Shown: positions 38,635 through 46,527 of the stretch, in pieces
Layout of the letters: each line of letters begins with the position of its first letter
Numbering within the stretch: the first letter of the stretch is position 1
Assembly (NCBI GenBank): GCA_963731235.1
Contig: CAVSUT010000021.1
Span: 81,402 to 145,401, forward strand
Length of the DNA: 64,000 bases
Origin: an uncultured Actinomycetota bacterium
GTDB taxonomy: Bacteria; Actinomycetota; Actinomycetes; Actinomycetales; Dermatophilaceae
Reading direction: 5' to 3'
The notes under the pieces: generated by a model
What the model saw: the letters and a program-made list of their open reading frames with translations, nothing else
What the model was told of the DNA's origin: nothing
Database searches by the model: none
Made by a program: the position numbers and the translations under genes

Positions 38635-40122
38635 TCAGCGCACCGCGTCGAGGGCGTCGACGATGCCCTCGCCGTAGTAGCTGTTGTCCTCGACGGGGCC
38701 GGTGCAGGCCGGGCCGCCGTTGTTCTCGGCAGGCGCACAGGCATGGTCGTCGGCCTGGGCACGCAGCTTCGCGACCATCTGGGCCGGCGTCCAGTCCGGG
38801 TGCGCCGACTTCATCAGGGCGAGGACACCCGCGACGTGCGGGGACGCCATCGACGTGCCGCTCTTGGTGCCGTAGCCGTTGTTCGCCACGACGGTGGACA
38901 GGATCGTGCGTCCGGGGGCGGCGACGTCGATGACGCCCAGCCCACGGTTGCTGAACGAGGCGAGCTGACCGGTCCTGGTCGTCGCGGAGACCGTGACGAC
39001 ACCGGGCAGCTCGGCCGGGATGTCGAAGCAGCCCTCGTCGATGGTGCGCGGGATCGGCGTGGTGTCGTTGGGGCTGCTCGTGTCGGTCGTGTTGTTCGCC
39101 AGGTCGGTGGCCGCGTTGCCGGCAGCCGCCGCATGGACGACGCCCTGCTTGGTGGACCAGGCCACCGCGCGACCGACGGCCTCGAGGACCGCGGCCTGGT
39201 CGGGCTGGTCACCGCACCAGTACATCATCGGGTCGATGTAGTAGCTGTTGTTGGTGACGTCCATCTTGTGCTCGCCGGCCCAGACGAAACCGCAGATCGC
39301 GTACTCCGGGTAGATGAAGCCGGAGTCGTTGACGACCTTGACCGAGGCCATCCGCGAGCCCGGGGACACCCCGACGATGCCGACGCCGTTGCGGGCGGCG
39401 CCGATCGTGCCCGCCACGTGGGTGCCGTGGTCGGAGGTGGTGGGCGCCCAGGCCAGCGGGGTGGTGTCCGGGCGGCCGGCGTCGACACAGCTCACCGAGT
39501 CGGCGACGTCGATGTTGGCCTGCAGGTCGGGGTGGTCGGGGTCGATGCCGCTGTCGAGCACCCCCACGAGGACCGAGCGGTCGCCGTCGGTGATCGCGTG
39601 GGCCTGGTCGGCCTTGATCGCGGTCATGTCCCACTGCTCGCCCTCGCGGGGGTCGGCGACGGTGGTCGTGGTGTTCTCGGTGGCGCCGGAGAGGTCACCG
39701 TTGGCCGGCTTCGCGTGGCCCTTCTGGTAGCCCGAGGCGCCCTTGCCCCAGGACGGACCGAGGTCGGTCGGGGTGCCCTCGCTCACGGCGGCGGTGCGGC
39801 TCGCGCCGACCGACTCCACGGCATTTCCCCCGCGCCTGACCACGTCGGCACGGAACGCGGCACGGTCGGAGTGCGCGATGACGACGCCGATCTGCGGCCA
39901 CGACTGGACGACGACGCCGCCCGAGGCGGCGACGGCCTTCTCGACGAGCCTGGTCTGGCCGGGGTTGGCCACCTTGGCGTTGACGACGTAGCTCATCAGG
40001 GTGCCGTCGGTGGTGACCACGGGCACGGGGGTCGAGCCGTCCTGGGCGGTCGTCGCGGCGGTGGCCGTGCCCGAGGCGAGCATCGCGCTCGCGAGCAGGG
40101 CCCCTGAGGCCGCGAACGCCAC
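38635..40122 (-). CDS. S8 family (subtilisin-like) serine peptidase, secreted
   Basis: Catalytic triad contexts are VLDSGID (Asp), HGTHVAGTIGA (His) and GTSMASPHVAGVLAL (Ser). The ORF as tracked starts at GTG 40122 with a hydrophobic segment but no charged n-region. A better start, AGGAGG + 5 nt + ATG 40189, lies one frame off (see finding). Confidence 0.85.
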   Translation of the reverse strand: MAFAASGALLASAMLASGTATAATTAQDGSTPVPVVTTDGTLMSYVVNAKVANPGQTRLVEKAVAASGGVVVQSWPQIGVVIAHSDRAAFRADVVRRGGNAVESVGASRTAAVSEGTPTDLGPSWGKGASGYQKGHAKPANGDLSGATENTTTTVADPREGEQWDMTAIKADQAHAITDGDRSVLVGVLDSGIDPDHPDLQANIDVADSVSCVDAGRPDTTPLAWAPTTSDHGTHVAGTIGAARNGVGIVGVSPGSRMASVKVVNDSGFIYPEYAICGFVWAGEHKMDVTNNSYYIDPMMYWCGDQPDQAAVLEAVGRAVAWSTKQGVVHAAAAGNAATDLANNTTDTSSPNDTTPIPRTIDEGCFDIPAELPGVVTVSATTRTGQLASFSNRGLGVIDVAAPGRTILSTVVANNGYGTKSGTSMASPHVAGVLALMKSAHPDWTPAQMVAKLRAQADDHACAPAENNGGPACTGPVEDNSYYGEGIVDALDAVR

Positions 40123-40287
40123 CCCGGCGAAGCGGCGAGGTCGGCGAGGTCGGTGAGAGTCGGTCGGCTCGGTGGGGTCGGTGGGTCATGAAGTCCTCCT
40201 GGTGGGGGGTGTCGTGCTGCCGGCCCTGCGGATCGGGCCATCCGGGCACTGTGCCCGACTTGGTCCCGGTATGGGGCGTTGGCCACC

Positions 40288-40313
40288 GTGAATCTTCGAC
40301 GTGAATCTTCAAC
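40288..40313. promoter_or_regulatory. 13-bp tandem direct repeat GTGAATCTTCGAC/GTGAATCTTCAAC in divergent promoter region (candidate operator)
   Basis: 12/13 identical adjacent copies in an unusually AT-rich patch between the S8 peptidase and polymerase-like genes. The perfect palindrome gtcagg-acga-cctgac follows at 40334-40349. Confidence 0.3.
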
Positions 40314-40363
40314 CGGTCGACCGTCCGGACAGCGTCAGGACGACCTGACAGGATGGCGCTGCC

Positions 40364-42052
40364 ATGGCTGCTCCCCTCGTCGCGTTCGTGACCGCTCCCG
40401 ACGGTCGCGCGGCCGTCGTGGGGCCCGACGACGCGACCGTCCTGCCGCTGGCGGAGGCCGTCACGCGGGCCGCCGCGCTGGTGGGCGCAGGCACGGCACG
40501 GTTCGCGTGGTGGGCCGCCGCCGTGGATGCGGCTCCCCTCGTCGCGGCCCGCCTGCCGCTGGCCCGGTGCTGGGACGTCGCCGAGGTCCACCGCCTGCTG
40601 TTCGGTGGGTGGGAGGCCGCACCGCAGCTCGCGTGGGCGGCGGCGCAGGGTCTGGACCGCACCACCCTGCCGGCCGCCTCCCGGGGCGACCTGTTCGACT
40701 TCCACGCCGCCGACGAGGGCCCGTCCGACGGGGTCGTGCGACCCGACGGCTACCTCGTCCCCGACGCCGGCAGCCCACGGTGGCACCCCTGCGACGAGGT
40801 CCTGCTCGCCTGGGGGCGAGCCGTCCTGGACTGTGCCGCCGCCCAGGAGCGGGCCCTCGCGGCCCTGGGACCCCGCGGCGTCGCGGCCGCCCACTCGGAG
40901 TCGGCGGCGGCATACCTCTGCGTCGAGCTGGCCCGCGACGGGCTCCCCATCGACCGCGCCGCCGCCGAGGAGCTCATCGAGTCCAGTGCGGGGGCGCGGC
41001 CGGCCGACGAGGCCGACGCGCGCCGGATCCGCTCCGAGCGCGACGCCGCCGTGCTGGCCCACACCCCGGGGCGGGAGTCCACCGACCTGCGCAACCCGGT
41101 GCAGGTGCGCGAGCTGCTCGCCTCGGTCGGCGTGGTCGTCCCCAACACGCGCAAGTGGGTGCTCGAGCCGTTCCGCGAGACCCACGCGGTGGTCGACGCC
41201 CTCCTGCAGTGGCGCAAGGCCGAACGCATCGCCACGACCTACGGCCACACCTGGCTCGACGCGCACGTCGGCCCCGACGACCGGCTCCGCGGCGGCTGGA
41301 CCGCCTGCGACGGCGCCGCCGGGCGGATGACGGCGCAGAACGGGCTGCACAACCTGCCCACCGCCCTGCGCCCCGCCGTCGCCGCCCACCCCGGCCACGT
41401 CTTCGTCCGGGCCGACCTCGGCCAGATCGAGCCGCGGGTGCTGGCCGTGGTCGCGGGCGACCCGGCGTTCGCGGCGGCGACGCGGGCCGACGACCTCTAC
41501 GCCCCGGTCGCCGCGACCCTGGGCGTCGAGCGCCCGGTCGCCAAGATCGCCGTCCTCGCCGCGATGTACGGCCAGCGCAGCGGCGCCGCCGGGGAGGCCC
41601 TCAAGGGCCTCGAACGCGCCTACCCCGTCGCGATGGGCTACCTCGACCGCGCGTATGCCGCCGGTGTGCGTCGTGAGCCGCTGCGCACCTACGGTGGCCG
41701 GCTGATCCGGCTCGACACCGTGCTCGCCGACGTGCCCGTCGAGGGCGCCGCCGCCCACGACGCCGCCCGGGGCCGGTTCGCCCGCAACGCCGTCATCCAG
41801 GGCAGCGCCGCCGAGCTCTTCAAGGCCTGGGCGGCCACGGTGCGGGCCACGACCCGCGACCTCGGTGCGCAGATCGTGCTGTGCCTGCACGACGAGCTGC
41901 TCGTCCACGTGCCGCAGGAGCACGCCGAGGAGACCAAGGCGCGGGTCGTCACCGCGCTGGACGACAGCGCGCGCCGGTGGACCGGGTCGACGCAGGTCCG
42001 GTTCGTCGCCGACGCCTCGATCGTGCACCGCTGGTCCGAGGCCAAGGAGTAG
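40364..42052 (+). CDS. stand-alone family-A DNA polymerase-like protein (exonuclease-like N-domain + Pol I-type palm/fingers)
   Basis: Motif A-like ADLGQIEPRVLA, motif B-like RPVAKIAVLAAMYGQ, motif C-like LCLHDELLV. No 5'-nuclease domain. Confidence 0.8.
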   Translation: MAAPLVAFVTAPDGRAAVVGPDDATVLPLAEAVTRAAALVGAGTARFAWWAAAVDAAPLVAARLPLARCWDVAEVHRLLFGGWEAAPQLAWAAAQGLDRTTLPAASRGDLFDFHAADEGPSDGVVRPDGYLVPDAGSPRWHPCDEVLLAWGRAVLDCAAAQERALAALGPRGVAAAHSESAAAYLCVELARDGLPIDRAAAEELIESSAGARPADEADARRIRSERDAAVLAHTPGRESTDLRNPVQVRELLASVGVVVPNTRKWVLEPFRETHAVVDALLQWRKAERIATTYGHTWLDAHVGPDDRLRGGWTACDGAAGRMTAQNGLHNLPTALRPAVAAHPGHVFVRADLGQIEPRVLAVVAGDPAFAAATRADDLYAPVAATLGVERPVAKIAVLAAMYGQRSGAAGEALKGLERAYPVAMGYLDRAYAAGVRREPLRTYGGRLIRLDTVLADVPVEGAAAHDAARGRFARNAVIQGSAAELFKAWAATVRATTRDLGAQIVLCLHDELLVHVPQEHAEETKARVVTALDDSARRWTGSTQVRFVADASIVHRWSEAKE

Positions 42053-42122
42053 GGGCAAGGCAGCCGGAGCGGTCTGTCGAGTGCGCCGGTGGGCCGAGGT
42101 CAAATGGTGGTTAGGTGTCCCC

Positions 42123-42926
42123 ATGGATGGACACGACGTCAAGCAGGCGGCCTCCGAGGCCTCTGACCACCCGGCGCTGGAGGCGGCGGCCCGGGTCGGT
42201 TACGCGACCAGCGGGTTGCTGCACCTGATCATCGGCTGGATCGCGCTGCAGGTCGCGTTCGGTGGGGGCAGCAAGGACGCCGACCAGAACGGTGCGCTGG
42301 CCTCGCTCGCCGGCAACAGCCTCGGCAAGGTCGCGCTGTGGATCAGCGTGGTCGGCTTCGTCGGCCTGGCCCTCTGGCAGGTGGCCGACGCCATCGTGGG
42401 CCACCCCGGCGACGACAAGGAGGCCTGGGGCGGGCGTGCCAAGGCCGCCGGCAAGACCGTGGTCTACCTGGCGCTCGCCTGGTCGGCCTTCGGGTTCGCC
42501 CGCGGCAAGTCCGGCGGCAGCAGCAGCAAGCAGAGTGTCGACTTCACCGCGAGCCTGCTCGAGAAGCCGGGCGGCCGCGTCCTGGTCGTCCTGATCGGCC
42601 TGGGCGTGATCGCCGTCGGTGCCTACCACGTCTACAAGGGCGCGACGAAGAAGTTCCTCCAGGACCTCGTCGACCACCCCGGGACCTGGGCCACCCGGGC
42701 CGGACAGGTCGGCTACATCGCCAAGGGTGCGGCCCTGGTCATCGTCGGGTTCCTGTTCGCGGTGGCCGGCTTCCAGAAGCAGGCCACGGAGGCCACCGGG
42801 CTCGACGGCGCGCTGAAGTCGCTGCGCGAGCAGGCCTTCGGCACCACGTTGCTGGTCGTCATGGCGCTCGGGTTCGCGGCGTTCGGCCTCTACGGCTTCG
42901 CCCGGGCCAGGCACGCGAAGGTCTGA
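42123..42926 (+). CDS. DUF1206 domain membrane protein
   Basis: ATG 42123. Three repeated TM-hairpin units have the pattern GYxxxGxxHxxIGxxAxxxA (GYATSGLLHLIIGWIALQVA; VVYLALAWSAFGFA; GYIAKGAALVIVGFLFAVAG). Confidence 0.7.
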   Translation: MDGHDVKQAASEASDHPALEAAARVGYATSGLLHLIIGWIALQVAFGGGSKDADQNGALASLAGNSLGKVALWISVVGFVGLALWQVADAIVGHPGDDKEAWGGRAKAAGKTVVYLALAWSAFGFARGKSGGSSSKQSVDFTASLLEKPGGRVLVVLIGLGVIAVGAYHVYKGATKKFLQDLVDHPGTWATRAGQVGYIAKGAALVIVGFLFAVAGFQKQATEATGLDGALKSLREQAFGTTLLVVMALGFAAFGLYGFARARHAKV

Positions 42927-42985
42927 CACCGCACCGGAGGCGAACCACCGCCACCACCACCCTCACCAGACCCCCCGCAGAGAGC

Positions 42986-43013
42986 GAGGCCCCCGGCAGC
43001 AGCCGGGGGCCTC
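42986..43013. terminator. bidirectional hairpin terminator between convergent genes
   Basis: Perfect 12-bp stem gaggcccccggc / gccgggggcctc with loop agca. Confidence 0.65.
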
Positions 43014-43063
43014 GTGCGTGCCTGGGAAAGCCCGCCTCGTCGTGCGTGCGGCGAGGGGGCGGG

Positions 43064-43987
43064 TCAGCCCCGGGAGGGACCCTCGTCGTTGACGTCGCGC
43101 AGGAACTGCTCGAACTCCGCCCCGATCTCGTCGGCCGACGGCAGCTCGCTGACGTCGGTGGCCAGCAGGCTGCGCTTCTGGCGGCCCTCGCTGAAGGTGT
43201 CGTACTGCCGCTCCAGCGCCTCGATCACCTGCGAGACCTCCTCGGAACCCTCGACCTCACGGGCGATCTCGGCCCGGTTGAGGCCGGCCTGGGCGACGAG
43301 GTCGTCGACGGGCAGGTTGAGCCCGGTCGCTGCCGTGATCGCGCTGAGCGCGGTCACCGCGCCGTCGGCGAACTCCGCCTGGGCGAGGTAGTGCGGCACG
43401 TGGACCGCGAAACCGATGGCGTCGTGGCCGGACTCGCCGAGGCGCAGCTCGAGCAGCGAGGACAGGCTGCCCGGCACCTCGATCCGGCCGAACGGGTTGT
43501 CCTGCGCGGGTACGAGCCGTGGGTCGGTCGCGTGGGAGGTCAGGCCGATCGGCCGGGTGTGCGGGACCGCCATGGGGATGCCGTGCGCGGTGACGACCAG
43601 GTCGACCCCGAGCAGGACGACGAGCTGGCGGACGGCCTCGGTGACGCGCTCCCACTGGAAGTCCGGCTCGGGTCCGGTGAGCAGGAGGTAGGGCGTGCCC
43701 TCACGGTCGGTGAGGCGGTGCAGCGCCAGGCACGGGTCCTCGTAGCTGAGCCACCGGTTGGTGTCGAACACCATCGGGGGTCGGCGGCTGCGGTAGTCGA
43801 TGAGCTGGTCGGTGTCGAAGGCGGCCACGACCGTCGACTCCGCGGTGGCCAGCAGGTGGTCGGTCAGCAGCCGCTGGGTGTGGCCGGCGTCCATGAAGCC
43901 GCCGAGCGCGACGACCAGGACCGAGGCGCGCAGCGCCTGGGGATCGGTGTCGGTCTCGAAGTGGTAGAGCTCGGATGGGTTCTGCAC
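43064..43987 (-). CDS. PAC2 (proteasome assembly chaperone 2-like) family protein
   Basis: 307 aa. VLVVALGGFMDAGHTQRLL...LLLTGPEPDFQWERV...VTAHGIPMAVPHTRP is typical of actinobacterial PAC2-family proteins. Confidence 0.7.
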   Translation of the reverse strand: MQNPSELYHFETDTDPQALRASVLVVALGGFMDAGHTQRLLTDHLLATAESTVVAAFDTDQLIDYRSRRPPMVFDTNRWLSYEDPCLALHRLTDREGTPYLLLTGPEPDFQWERVTEAVRQLVVLLGVDLVVTAHGIPMAVPHTRPIGLTSHATDPRLVPAQDNPFGRIEVPGSLSSLLELRLGESGHDAIGFAVHVPHYLAQAEFADGAVTALSAITAATGLNLPVDDLVAQAGLNRAEIAREVEGSEEVSQVIEALERQYDTFSEGRQKRSLLATDVSELPSADEIGAEFEQFLRDVNDEGPSRG

Positions 43988-44188
43988 GATGACTCCAGCG
44001 GGTGGGTTCTCGGGTGGTGCACGACCAGGGCCAGGCCAAGCTCTGCGCAGGGCCGGTATGACGTCGGGACGTCCTATGACAGTCCCAACGCCTCAGGATG
44101 ACAGGGGATTCCGGACGACCCGCCGAGACCGGGTCGAGAAAGTCGCCGGCATCGGGAATGGACGCCCTCATCTGGCTGTTCGGATGAA

Positions 44189-44203
44189 ACGAAACAGTTC
44201 CGT
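44189..44203. promoter_or_regulatory. imperfect palindrome ACGAAAC-A-GTTCCGT, candidate TetR operator
   Basis: 6 of 7 arm positions are complementary, with extra complementary flanks (ATG...CAT). It is centred 29 nt upstream of the TetR gene start. Confidence 0.3.
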
Positions 44204-44224
44204 ACCATCGACAGAAGAGCACCC

Positions 44225-44854
44225 GTGGACACCACCCCTCCCCCCTCGACGACCGAGGAGCCGGCCCGCACCCGACCCCGGGTCGAGGGAGAGCGCGAGC
44301 GCGAGATCCTCGAGGCGACGCTCGAGGCCCTCGTCGAGCACGGCTACGACAAGCTCAGCTTCGACGCGGTCGCAGCCGCCGCCAGGGCGTCCAAGGCGAC
44401 GCTCTACCGCCGGTGGCCGACCAAGGTCGACCTCGTCGTCGATGCCATCCAGCTCATGTCGGGGGTCGAGGCGGACCGGCACCCCGACACCGGCAGCCTG
44501 CGCGGTGACCTCATCGCCCAGGCCTGCGCCAAAGGCGGACTGTCGGACGACCGTCCCATCAAGGTGTTCGCGTCGTTGATGATCTCCATGCAGCGCGAGC
44601 CCGAGCTCCACGACGCCATCATCTCGCGCCTCATCGGGCCGAAGATGGCTGCCGCGACCCGACCCTTCCGCGCTGCCCAGCAGCGCGGTGAGCTCGGCGA
44701 CGACGCCGACCTCGACACGTTGGCACGCCTGCTGCCGGCGATCTCCATCCACGAGTCGATGCTGACGGGGTCCCACCCCTCGCAGGACCGGCTCGTCACC
44801 CTGGTGGACAGCGTCGTCCTCCCGGCCTGCGCGGCGACGCTGCAGCGCGACTGA
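44225..44854 (+). CDS. TetR/AcrR family transcriptional regulator
   Basis: N-terminal HTH: REILEATLEALVEHGYDKLSFDAVAAAARASKATLYRRWPTKVDLV. Confidence 0.85.
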   Translation: MDTTPPPSTTEEPARTRPRVEGEREREILEATLEALVEHGYDKLSFDAVAAAARASKATLYRRWPTKVDLVVDAIQLMSGVEADRHPDTGSLRGDLIAQACAKGGLSDDRPIKVFASLMISMQREPELHDAIISRLIGPKMAAATRPFRAAQQRGELGDDADLDTLARLLPAISIHESMLTGSHPSQDRLVTLVDSVVLPACAATLQRD

Positions 44855-44956
44855 CGTCCACCCACCACGGCTCCCCGCGTCCACTGCGGCACCGGCTCAC
44901 CACCGCACCTCCTCCCACCACCTCCTCACCACCTCCTCACCACCTAGGACACCCCG

Positions 44957-46504
44957 ATGTCATCTCTCTCCGCGGTCGAGCACCCCTCGACGCCCGCGAG
45001 CACCGAGCCGTCGAAGGCTCCACGCCTCGGCCTCGCCCTGACGGTCATCAGCGCGGCCCAGCTCATGGTCGTGCTCGACGGCACCATCGTGAACATCGCC
45101 CTCCCCCACCTGCAGACCGACCTCGGCTTCACCCCCGGCAACCTCTCCTGGGTGGTCAACGCCTACACGCTGGCCTTCGGTGGGCTGCTGCTGCTCGGTG
45201 GTCGCCTCGGTGACCTGTTCGGCCGCCGCAAGGTCTTCATGACCGGCGTCATCGTCTTCGCGGCAGCCTCGTTCATCGGCGGCTTCGCCCAGAGCGAAGG
45301 CATCCTGCTCGGTGCTCGCGCCCTGCAGGGAGTCGGCGCCGCCCTCGCCTCACCCACCGCGCTGGCCCTGATCACCACCACCTTCCCGGCCGGCCCGGCG
45401 CGCAACCGCGCCATGGGCGTGTACGCCGCCATGTCCGGAGCCGGTGCCGCCATCGGCCTCATCCTCGGCGGGGCGCTCACCGAGGCGTCGTGGCGTTGGA
45501 CCTTCTTCATCAACGTGCCGATCGGCCTGCTCGTCGTCTTCCTCGCCCCACGGGTCCTGCGGGAGTCCGAGCGCGGCCGCGGCAGCCTGGACGTCCCCGG
45601 TGCCATCACCGGCACCGCCGGCCTGGTCTCCCTCGTCTACGGCCTGACCCACGCCGCCTCGACCTCGTGGACCGACGGCGTCACCCTCGGGACCCTGTTC
45701 GCCGGCGTCGTCCTGCTCGCGGTCTTCCTCGTCGTCGAGGTCCGCTCGGAGCACCCCCTGCTCCCGATGCGGATCCTGCAGGACCGCACCCGCGGCACGT
45801 CGTTCGTCGTCATGCTCGTCGTCGGCGCGGCGATGTTCTCGATGTTCTACTTCCTGGGCCTCTACATCCAGCAGGTGCTCGGGTACTCCCCGCTGAAGGC
45901 CGGTTTCGCGTTCCTGCCGTTCTCCTTCGGCATCGTCATCGCCGCCCAGGTCGCCTCGGCCCTGATGTCCCGCGTCGACCCGCGCTGGATCTCCGGGGTC
46001 GGCGCGCTGCTCGCCTCGAGCGCGATGTTCGGGTTCTCCCGGCTCGAGGTGGACAGCTCCTACGCCGGTCACCTGCTGCCGTTCATCATCCTCATGGCGT
46101 TCGGCATGGGCCTGGTCTTCGTGCCGATGACCCTCACCGCGGTGTCCGGGGTCGCCCAGGAGGACTCGGGCGTCGCGTCGGCCGTGCTCAACACGATGCA
46201 GCAGGTCGGCGGCTCACTGGGCCTGGCCACGCTGAGCACCGTCTTCGCCAGCGCCCTCACCGACCGCGCGGCGGTGCTCGGCGCCGAGCTGCAGACCAGG
46301 GCAGCCGCCGGGGGGATGTCGCCCGAGCAGCTGGCGCAGGCCAAGGCGTTCATCGGCCTGCAGGCGCAGACCTACGGCTCCGGCAAGGCCTACCTCGTCG
46401 GCGCGGCGATGATCCTCATCGCCTCGGCCATCACCTTCGCGTTCCTCGACGTCAAGCACGAGAAGCTGTCGACCGAGGGACACGAGAACGTGCACCTCGC
46501 CTGA
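44957..46504 (+). CDS. MFS transporter, DHA2 (EmrB/QacA, 14-TMS) drug-efflux type
   Basis: 515 aa. LDGTIVNIALP near the N-terminus and the GGRLGDLFGRRKVF motif. It follows a TetR gene. Confidence 0.85.
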   Translation: MSSLSAVEHPSTPASTEPSKAPRLGLALTVISAAQLMVVLDGTIVNIALPHLQTDLGFTPGNLSWVVNAYTLAFGGLLLLGGRLGDLFGRRKVFMTGVIVFAAASFIGGFAQSEGILLGARALQGVGAALASPTALALITTTFPAGPARNRAMGVYAAMSGAGAAIGLILGGALTEASWRWTFFINVPIGLLVVFLAPRVLRESERGRGSLDVPGAITGTAGLVSLVYGLTHAASTSWTDGVTLGTLFAGVVLLAVFLVVEVRSEHPLLPMRILQDRTRGTSFVVMLVVGAAMFSMFYFLGLYIQQVLGYSPLKAGFAFLPFSFGIVIAAQVASALMSRVDPRWISGVGALLASSAMFGFSRLEVDSSYAGHLLPFIILMAFGMGLVFVPMTLTAVSGVAQEDSGVASAVLNTMQQVGGSLGLATLSTVFASALTDRAAVLGAELQTRAAAGGMSPEQLAQAKAFIGLQAQTYGSGKAYLVGAAMILIASAITFAFLDVKHEKLSTEGHENVHLA

Positions 46505-46527
46505 GCGACCCCGGGCAGCTGTCGCGG

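Noticed and set aside
39695-42142. 815-aa minus-strand ORF antisense to the polymerase-like gene
   Set aside because: No motifs and an Arg/Gly/Pro-rich composition. The plus-strand ORF has Pol I motifs A, B and C.
43988-44224. 237-bp intergenic region checked for a tRNA or small RNA and for the PafBC-type damage promoter upstream of the PAC2 gene
   Set aside because: No cloverleaf-compatible arms or T-loop (GGTTCGAATCC-like) are present, and I could recognise no TGTCAGTG-N8-TANNNT motif.
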